This document shows positions 62,001 through 64,000 of a stretch of DNA of 64,000 nt, piece by piece. Both the position numbers and the translations under genes were made by a program. Each line of letters opens with the position of its first letter. The first letter of the stretch is position 1. This stretch comes from Lytechinus pictus (Eukaryota), in the NCBI RefSeq assembly GCF_037042905.1, contig NC_087263.1:14572001-14636000 (forward strand), given 5' to 3'. The notes beneath the pieces were generated by a model. The model saw nothing but the letters and a program-made list of their open reading frames with translations, was not told the origin of the DNA and did no database searches.

Positions 62001-63294
62001 ATCGCTCTCGGTTTCCCCGGCAACCGCGGCGACCTCGACATCGTACGTTCCACCGGGGACCAAGTCAGTGACAAACACCTCTGGGCAGGCCTCCCTTGGG
62101 ATTTCAAAGCTTGCCATGCCGTCAGGGCCGACCCCAAGGGCAGATTGCCTGGCTGCCACGTCGACCCGGTAGTAGTCCAACACGCCAGCAGTGGCAGGGG
62201 TGATCCGTATTAGGATGGTTGTTGGAGAGACGATGGAAATCTTGACGGTTGGTGTGAGCGGGGCTGTAACAGAGAGAGAGAAAACGGTGATGCAGTTCAC
62301 AAATTTGCAATCTTTAACGGCAGAATGAAGACAAATTATGAATCAATAATTCCAATTTACCATTGATTGGAAATCGATGGTCAAATAAAAATTATTGACC
62401 TAGTCTTTGGTAGAATAAATGACTTCATATTCTGACAGTGTATCGAGGTTGAGTGACACCGTCAAAGATGAGAATGCATGACTTGTTTTATTTTTTTATG
62501 TCCAAACAATTGCAGATAGTTTAGATCATTACAAACATCCCGGTGACTCATTGTGGAATTTGAGAAAGATAGTCACACACACCGTGCATCAGAAATTCGT
62601 GCAAGGCGATCAGCGATACTTGACTACCCAATGTCCAATCAGTGATACTTTGTTAATCTTACGTCCAAGTTTCATGAACTAGATCTAAGTACTTTTGAAT
62701 TTATGATGACATTTCAAAACTTCACCTTGGTTAATATTTCCATAATGATTCCCCCAACATGGTCAAAATGACCTTTGACCTTGGTTATATGACCTGAAAC
62801 TACATGTAATGCAATATGCTCAGTGATATTTGAACACCCTTATTACGTCTAAGTTTCAAGAAATAGGTCCAGATACTTTTTAAGTCATTATGATGAAAAT
62901 GTTGACGACGCTGTACCTGCCGTCTGAAAAGCAGTACCTATAAATGAAGTCTCGCTCTACTATACAGTTGAGACAAATATATCAGGACAATCAAAGAATT
63001 GAAAAGGAAGCGCTACATACGCTTACCTTCATGTTATCTTACCCAAAACATACGTTGCTCTGACTAGTCTTTGTATATCAGACCCAGGGCTTCCGGAGTA
63101 GAGTGCAAAGTTGTAGATCTGACCTGGCGTTAGCTCACTGAGGAGGACAGTGTCCTCTGGAGTAGATATTGGTGATCGTCGCAAACCATCAGACGGTACA
63201 TATTCAAGGTCGTAGTTAGGAGAGTTTGGTGCATTAGGCCATGACACATCAAGTCCAGATGAATCTACTGGGCTGAACACAAGGAGCTCCATCG
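1390..63294 (-). CDS. Internal part of a giant multi-exon gene: 46 exons encoding 37 tandem fibronectin type III domains (extracellular or cell-surface protein; tenascin/RPTP-ectodomain-like architecture, identity not determined)
   Basis: GC-richer blocks of 100-300 nt carry FN3 motifs (strand-B W, strand-C Y, L.PGT.Y.V) and are flanked by AG and GT/GC. Intron phases match across all 45 internal junctions and no stops occur in the spliced frame. No start, signal peptide, TM segment or stop is in the window. Confidence 0.93.
2080..2472. repeat. Interspersed element built from GTCTAA / TTAGAC submotifs in mirror arrangement
   Basis: The left half repeats gtctaa and the right half repeats tagac. 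Confidence 0.55.
2568..2692 (-). CDS. Exon, FN3 domain 37, N-terminal part (absent from the ORF track)
   Basis: TTACAG|TG...CTG|GTGAG; 125 nt; PEVVNGLDV...[22 protein letters not shown]. Confidence 0.86.
3284..3538 (-). CDS. Exon, FN3 domain 36
   Basis: TCACAG|TT...ACA T|GTAAG; 255 nt; GLVPGTAY. Confidence 0.9.
4019..4315 (-). CDS. Exon, FN3 domain 35 (ACPE type)
   Basis: ATCTAG|TG...ACG G|GTAAG; 297 nt; [17 protein letters not shown]. Confidence 0.88.
4376..4615. mobile_element. Small TIR element with internal TTCCATGAC repeats
   Basis: CAGGGTTCCCACAG...CTGCGGGAATCCTG. Confidence 0.6.
4720..5390 (+). mobile_element. Degenerate copy of the piggyBac-like element at 39716-40485
   Basis: Colinear similarity (e.g. 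catcttttgagaccaaatttac, gtgattttgtgtacaaagtcaa); ends AAGGG|TTAA. Confidence 0.8.
6087..6335 (-). CDS. Exon, FN3 domain 34
   Basis: TCACAG|AC...ACT T|GTAAG; 249 nt; GLSPGTEY. Confidence 0.9.
7225..7515 (-). CDS. Exon, FN3 domain 33
   Basis: TTGTAG|TT...ATA G|GTAAA; 291 nt; IVLGWDLP...ADTVYEF. Confidence 0.88.
8402..9060. mobile_element. Two ~270-bp Harbinger-like MITEs, family A (8402-8674 and 8787-9060, opposite orientation)
   Basis: TIR GGCCCCGTCTTACAAAGAGTT; six copies in the window. Confidence 0.8.
9075..9252 (-). CDS. Exon, FN3 domain 32, C-terminal part
   Basis: TGTAAG|ATA...ACA A|GTGAG; 178 nt; ICYSP...GLDPDTIY. Confidence 0.84.
9385..9602. mobile_element. Family F MITE (other copies about 6605-6942 and 3560-3666)
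   Basis: GGGGTGTTGCAAGAAA...TTTCTTGCAA..CCC. Confidence 0.7.
10160..10880. repeat. (CAT)n/(CAC)n microsatellite with degenerate flanks
   Basis: Purest tract at about 10535-10623. Confidence 0.95.
11036..11164. mobile_element. Family B Harbinger-like MITE with CTG target duplication
   Basis: CTG|GGGCCCGTAACACAAAG...GTCACGGGACC|CTG. Confidence 0.75.
11304..11404 (-). CDS. Exon, FN3 domain 32, N-terminal part (absent from the ORF track)
   Basis: ACATAG|GT...GAG|GTAGG; 101 nt; [33 protein letters not shown]. Confidence 0.86.
11890..12180 (-). pseudogene. Two tandem degenerate copies of the 3' end of the domain-31 exon plus adjacent intron
   Basis: ttccgtccctccctgagccagactgactgt occurs at about 11942, 12097 and 12253. 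Confidence 0.85.
12241..12474 (-). CDS. Exon, FN3 domain 31
   Basis: TTACAG|CT...ACA C|GTACG; 234 nt; NLSPSTLY. Confidence 0.86.
13198..13482 (-). CDS. Exon, FN3 domain 30 (ACPE type)
   Basis: TCAAAG|CA...ACG C|GTGAG; 285 nt; [17 protein letters not shown]. Confidence 0.87.
14742..15008 (-). CDS. Exon, FN3 domain 29
   Basis: CTTTAG|AA...CTA A|GTAAA; 267 nt; LRVSW...LRRGQTY. Confidence 0.87.
15387..15968. mobile_element. Non-autonomous TIR element (AGGGGAATCCA...TGGATTCCCCT)
   Basis: Inverted termini and subterminal inverted segments. Confidence 0.65.
16055..16410 (+). mobile_element. 3' fragment of an L2/CR1-type LINE
   Basis: PKYLSD...[14 protein letters not shown] remnant plus a (TTA)n tail. 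Confidence 0.65.
16940..17218 (-). CDS. Exon, FN3 domain 28
   Basis: TCACAG|TG...ACC C|GTAAG; 279 nt; NLEPDTMY. Confidence 0.9.
18584..18838 (-). CDS. Exon, FN3 domain 27
   Basis: TTACAG|TT...ACA G|GTTGG; 255 nt; SIRLSWG...NLTPGTFY. Confidence 0.87.
19312..19756. mobile_element. Two family D MITEs (19312-19480 and 19577-19756)
   Basis: GTGGGTGTTTCATAAA...TTTATGAAACAGCCCC; CAG flanks. Confidence 0.75.
19852..19963 (-). CDS. Exon, FN3 domain 26, C-terminal part
   Basis: ATTTAG|GTG...ACA G|GTAAT; 112 nt; [16 protein letters not shown]. Confidence 0.86.
20080..21330. repeat. Degenerate GT/GA-rich low-complexity tandem region
   Basis: Recurring gtgtgggtgg...gatagagtaggaaaa units. Confidence 0.8.
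21785..21954 (-). CDS. Exon, FN3 domain 26, N-terminal part
   Basis: TTTCAG|TA...ATG|GTAAA; 170 nt, phase 1-0; LTLSWDP. Confidence 0.86.
22590..23162. repeat. Compound tetranucleotide microsatellite (ATCA)n/(ATCC)n/(ATCT)n
   Basis: Direct reading. Confidence 0.95.
23175..23331 (-). CDS. Exon, FN3 domain 25, C-terminal part
   Basis: TCACAG|GTG...ACA T|GTAAG; 157 nt; NLVPGRNY. Confidence 0.87.
23370..23652 (+). mobile_element. tRNA-derived SINE
   Basis: A box GTGGTGTAGCGG, B box TTCGAATCC, core CACCCAGGTG..AAATGGGTACC, (TTA)n tail. Confidence 0.75.
24110..24577 (+). mobile_element. 3' fragment of an L2/CR1-type LINE
   Basis: [13 protein letters not shown]...APLYL...GERSFS...NNLP...LKTHLF C-terminal motif followed by an (ATT)n tail. 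Confidence 0.8.
24605..24705 (-). CDS. Exon, FN3 domain 25, N-terminal part
   Basis: TTCTAG|TA...ATG|GTAAT; 101 nt, phase 1-0; TSITFEW. Confidence 0.83.
25449..25745 (-). CDS. Exon, FN3 domain 24 (contains RGD)
   Basis: TTGTAG|TC...ACA T|GTAAG; 297 nt; SITLSWSPP...GLTPRNDY. Confidence 0.88.
25987..26176. mobile_element. Interspersed TIR element with TAGGGT-like core (inverted copy at 57697-57966; relative at 35240-35456)
   Basis: tgacaattgctcc...ggagcaaatgtc termini shared between copies. Confidence 0.7.
26316..26579 (-). CDS. Exon, FN3 domain 23
   Basis: TGTCAG|GA...ACA G|GTAGG; 264 nt; GLNPGSQY. Confidence 0.88.
27174..27440 (-). CDS. Exon, FN3 domain 22
   Basis: TTGTAG|TT...ACA A|GTAAG; 267 nt; ISLSWTP...NLASATEY. 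Confidence 0.9.
28031..28143. mobile_element. Short hAT-like MITE
   Basis: TIR CAGTGGCGGACCGTGACC.GGAGGAGACA; 8-bp flanks gatctgat / gatcagat. Confidence 0.75.
28255..28365 (-). CDS. Exon, FN3 domain 21, C-terminal part
   Basis: TTACAG|AT...ACT A|GTAAG; 111 nt; [16 protein letters not shown]. Confidence 0.85.
28690..31007 (+). mobile_element. 5'-truncated, decayed non-LTR retrotransposon (CR1/L2-group LINE ORF2 plus 3' UTR), antisense to the host gene
   Basis: RT motifs [49 protein letters not shown] and KFLGLIID are split by frameshifts and stops. The element ends in AATAAA plus a (TGAAC)n tail. Confidence 0.92.
31983..32144 (-). CDS. Exon, FN3 domain 21, N-terminal part
   Basis: ATCAAG|TG...ATT G|GTAAG; 162 nt, phase 1-1. 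Confidence 0.82.
32480..32585 (-). CDS. Exon, FN3 domain 20, C-terminal part
   Basis: TAACAG|GAC...ACT G|GTAGG; 106 nt; [15 protein letters not shown]. Confidence 0.86.
32807..32986. mobile_element. Family D MITE with CTG target duplication
   Basis: Palindromic: gttcgtaagttaagagcgactttaag / cttaaagtcgctcttaacttacgaac. Confidence 0.8.
33278..33462 (-). CDS. Exon, FN3 domain 20, N-terminal part
   Basis: GCATAG|TT...GAG|GTGAG; 185 nt, phase 1-0. Confidence 0.87.
34237..34494 (-). CDS. Exon, FN3 domain 19
   Basis: TTATAG|AA...ACA A|GTAGG; 258 nt; SLEVAWG...LQAGQLY. Confidence 0.88.
35460..35738 (-). CDS. Exon, FN3 domain 18 (absent from the supplied ORF track)
   Basis: GATCAG|GA...ACT G|GTAAG; 279 nt; manual translation PVPPSIVL...SFEVVWNV...[12 protein letters not shown]...QGMT. 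Confidence 0.88.
36604..36852 (-). CDS. Exon, FN3 domain 17
   Basis: TTCTAG|TT...ACA C|GTAAG; 249 nt; LTPGVNY. Confidence 0.9.
37139..37788. mobile_element. Foldback MITE with long (over 200 bp) inverted repeats, probably TTAA-target (Kolobok-like)
   Basis: ctccaggctga...aaaattcacagagcaaaatgctgaaaattt is mirrored by aaattttcagcattttgctctgtgaatttt...tcagcctggag; the right end is at TTAA. Confidence 0.8.
37822..37972 (-). CDS. Exon, FN3 domain 16, C-terminal half
   Basis: ATACAG|GAG...ACA G|GTAAG; 151 nt; GLDADVLY. Confidence 0.87.
39029..39425. mobile_element. Foldback MITE
   Basis: About 140-bp inverted arms (ttgataccatattttggtagagcatgatgaaaaac / gtttttcatcatgctctaccaaaatatggtatcaa). Confidence 0.8.
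39434..39567 (-). CDS. Exon, FN3 domain 16, N-terminal half
   Basis: GCACAG|GT...AGG|GTAAG; 134 nt, phase 1-0. Confidence 0.87.
39716..40485 (+). mobile_element. Non-autonomous piggyBac-like element
   Basis: TTAA|CCCTA...TAGGG|TTAA termini with subterminal GnTTGAATCAACn palindromes; related copies elsewhere in the window. Confidence 0.8.
40693..41123. mobile_element. Adjacent Harbinger-like MITEs (family B 40693-40822; family A 40846-41123)
   Basis: TIRs GG.CCCGTAACAC and GGCCCC..C.T.AAAGAGTT; CTG flanks. Confidence 0.75.
41164..41421 (-). CDS. Exon, FN3 domain 15
   Basis: GATTAG|GT...ACC C|GTAAG; 258 nt; [11 protein letters not shown]...LDAATEY. Confidence 0.88.
41457..41753. mobile_element. 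Family G MITE (degenerate copy about 58808-59097)
   Basis: GGCCCGTATTCT.AAGTCAGGTTTAA / TTAAACCTGACTTCAGAATACGGGCC. Confidence 0.75.
42398..42554 (-). CDS. Exon, FN3 domain 14, C-terminal half
   Basis: TCACAG|ACG...ACC A|GTAAG; 157 nt; GLQPNTSY. Confidence 0.87.
43187..43320 (-). CDS. Exon, FN3 domain 14, N-terminal half
   Basis: TTGCAG|AA...CAG|GTAAA; 134 nt, phase 1-0. Confidence 0.85.
43478..44085. repeat. About 220-bp tandem repeat, 2.7 copies
   Basis: Units start near 43481, 43701 and 43921 (acatacatgcactcagtctcga). Confidence 0.9.
44089..44209 (-). CDS. Exon, FN3 domain 13, C-terminal half
   Basis: TTGTAG|ATC...ACT A|GTATG; 121 nt, phase 0-1; LIPGQEY. Confidence 0.87.
44245..44770. 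mobile_element. Two tRNA-derived SINEs tail-to-tail (44245-44490 on +, about 44505-44770 on -)
   Basis: GGTTCGAATCCC B box and AACCCAGGTGAGGTGAATGGGTACC core, with a reverse-complement counterpart; further relics at about 1038-1180, 15150-15270, 47600-47750 and 58130-58220. Confidence 0.65.
45209..45354 (-). CDS. Exon, FN3 domain 13, N-terminal half
   Basis: TCACAG|GC...TTG|GTGAG; 146 nt, phase 1-0. Confidence 0.87.
45710..45994 (-). CDS. Exon, FN3 domain 12
   Basis: CAACAG|AC...ACA G|GTTAA; 285 nt; SATVSW...GLDPSTEY. Confidence 0.9.
46671..46925 (-). CDS. Exon, FN3 domain 11
   Basis: TGATAG|TG...ACA A|GTATG; 255 nt; SITVTWG...LDAATLY. Confidence 0.88.
47806..48093 (-). CDS. Exon, FN3 domain 10
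   Basis: TTCCAG|CC...ACA T|GTAAG; 288 nt; IILLWSRP...LTPSTTY. Confidence 0.9.
48286..48765. mobile_element. Non-autonomous TIR element (AGGTCAA...TTGACCT|TTAA)
   Basis: Inverted termini with internal similarity to the 15387 and 37139 elements. Confidence 0.65.
49779..50198. mobile_element. Head-to-tail Harbinger-like MITEs (family A plus family C)
   Basis: TIRs GGCCCCGCCTTACAAAGAG and GGCCCCGTTGCATAAA. Confidence 0.75.
50245..50523 (-). CDS. Exon, FN3 domain 9
   Basis: CTCTAG|AT...ACT G|GTAAG; 279 nt; SITVVWG...LLPGQLY. Confidence 0.9.
50595..52665. repeat. Minisatellite, about 2.07 kb of 45/46/51-bp units
   Basis: Unit GGTGTCAAAGCATGATT(AAGATT)GGATGATTTCAAGTTTGGTGTTGGTGCT, roughly 40 copies. 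Confidence 0.95.
53236..53526 (-). CDS. Exon, FN3 domain 8 (GC splice donor)
   Basis: CTGCAG|AT...ACA G|GCAAGT; 291 nt; SLTVEWSPP...LRPDTPY. Confidence 0.87.
53548..53925. repeat. Degenerate tandem repeat of about 75 bp, about 5 copies
   Basis: Recurring attgcctactgaaactgggtgatccttgaa...atgggaattacagg. Confidence 0.75.
54300..54560 (-). CDS. Exon, FN3 domain 7
   Basis: TTTCAG|CC...ACA G|GTATG; 261 nt; two Cys; NLVPGQRY. Confidence 0.9.
54879..55127. mobile_element. Family B Harbinger-like MITE remnants
   Basis: GGACCTGTAGCACAAAGCTTAG...GCTTTGTGTTACGGGCCC. Confidence 0.65.
55163..55453 (-). CDS. Exon, FN3 domain 6
   Basis: TCCCAG|GA...ACC A|GTAAG; 291 nt; SITVTW...GLLPDTSY. Confidence 0.9.
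55527..55682. mobile_element. Harbinger-like MITE (related partial copy at 17690-17813)
   Basis: ttgcaactgttgtaactttgccattatggcaa mirrored at the other end. Confidence 0.75.
56203..56349. mobile_element. Family E MITE
   Basis: GGGCCTGTTGCAGAAAGAGTTGC...GCAACTCTTTCTGCA..GGGCCC; near-identical copy at 59252. Confidence 0.8.
56441..56710 (-). CDS. Exon, FN3 domain 5
   Basis: GAATAG|AC...ACT A|GTAAG; 270 nt; SISVEW...GLIPGVRY. Confidence 0.88.
56847..57011. mobile_element. Small MITE within a TA run
   Basis: TCATCGTGTCGG.GCAGGAA.GCC.TTAGCACCACACT inverted at both ends. Confidence 0.75.
58292..58561 (-). CDS. Exon, FN3 domain 4
   Basis: CTACAG|CA...ATC G|GTAAG; 270 nt; PYAP...VVGWP...YYELCW. 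Confidence 0.9.
59252..59396. mobile_element. Family E MITE
   Basis: Same termini and internal sequence as 56203-56349. Confidence 0.8.
59597..60147. mobile_element. Tandem pair of family A MITEs joined by one CAG
   Basis: ...GACGGAGCC CAG GGCCCCGTCTTACAAAGAG... Confidence 0.85.
60191..60457 (-). CDS. Exon, FN3 domain 3
   Basis: TTTCAG|AG...ACA G|GTTTG; 267 nt; SLEVVWG...GLIAGTSY. Confidence 0.88.
60529..60852. mobile_element. Head-to-tail Harbinger-like MITEs (family B plus family C)
   Basis: Inverted termini as in the other copies. Confidence 0.7.
61040..61690 (+). mobile_element. Older degenerate copy of the same piggyBac-like family
   Basis: Colinear diverged match; further partial copies near 41950-42200 and 53000-53197. 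Confidence 0.65.
61976..62263 (-). CDS. Exon, FN3 domain 2 (ACPE type)
   Basis: TTACAG|CC...TTA G|GTAAA; 288 nt; [17 protein letters not shown]. Confidence 0.9.
63043..63294 (-). CDS. Exon, FN3 domain 1
   Basis: TTACAG|CG...TTG G|GTAAG; 252 nt, phase 1-1; LDVSWP...LTPGQIY. Confidence 0.9.
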
Positions 63295-63333
63295 CTGTAA
63301 AGAAGCACAGAGAAGATTGTTTCTATGGTTAGA

Positions 63334-63745
63334 TTTAAAGGTAAAAGAAAATAGTTGCAGCAAACAATTATTTCATGGAAAAAGTCTTTTAAATCAAGGC
63401 TCGTTGTCACCAAATTAACATAGATCTGTATCTGGTACATTAAAGTATACTTCTCTTTGTGAAATCATGAAATCTTGGCTCAAAAACGATAATTCTGATG
63501 ATCACTAACACAGAACAGCATATGTGGGACAGTGTATTAATATTGCTTGGAATAATACCTGACATTTGATAGAATACCGTGCGTACATGTATTTTGCTCA
63601 TTTCTCAGCAATAACACATTATCTTCTGGAGTCAATTGGCACACATTTTTTACTTATAAATACAAACACTTGGGTTGTATTTTTTTGGATTAATTTTGTT
63701 CAAACTCATTTTGAGATCGTTACCACAACTGGTAATCATCTTTAA
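63334..63745 (+). mobile_element. Second copy of the 1-378 element, TTAA|AG...CT|TTAA (Kolobok-like)
   Basis: Shared segments (gatcac.aacacaga, gtgggacagtgtatta, gttacca.aactgg) and TTAA flanks. Confidence 0.75.
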
Positions 63746-64000
63746 GATTGCTATAAACGTTGGAAACACCAACTAACATGGTGAGTTTACCAACAGGTAT
63801 AGAAGGACAATTATTGAAAGGCTCCGTGAAATTTGCATCGGCAGCAAATGCTCTGATTGGAACTGCACACATTACGTCAAACATAAACCAGAGCTTCTTA
63901 TCTTATCTTATCTAACATGTACCTCACCTTTTATCCTAATTAATCCCTACATAATTCTTAACTAAAAACCTTATCACAACTCAAACCCTCAACTTATATC

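Noticed and set aside
3487..62172. Plus-strand ORFs overlapping the FN3 exons
   Set aside because: Antisense shadows of GC-richer coding exons.
1390..63294. Assigning a gene symbol (TNXB, FN1, PTPRB/PTPRQ, USH2A) or a Dscam-like mutually exclusive exon cluster
   Set aside because: No diagnostic non-FN3 domain is in the window. The exons are highly divergent, alternate in type and join serially in frame, which fits a constitutive array better.

Overview
This is AT-rich animal genomic DNA, not a prokaryotic locus. The repeat landscape suggests a sea urchin or other invertebrate deuterostome (inference). The whole window lies inside one large minus-strand gene. By hand I reconstructed 46 coding exons between 63294 and 1390. 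They splice in frame (45 GT donors, 1 GC donor, all AG acceptors) into about 10,068 nt (about 3,356 aa) encoding 37 consecutive fibronectin type III (FN3) domains. Neither the start nor the stop codon is in the window. Every domain is bounded by phase-1 introns, and the domains alternate between a short and a long type. All 10 cysteines fall into apparent pairs, including a three-times repeated module of an 'ACPE' domain with a Cys partner two domains later. The introns contain Harbinger-like, TTAA-type and hAT-like MITEs, tRNA-derived SINEs, a decayed CR1/L2-group LINE, microsatellites and a 2-kb minisatellite. The strongest non-coding signals are about 45 TACATGTA octamers, several of them demonstrably CATGTA insertions at TA sites (Tc1/mariner-type excision scars), and repeated local duplications of exon/intron boundaries. 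Exon coordinates were read at splice sites; repeat coordinates are approximate.
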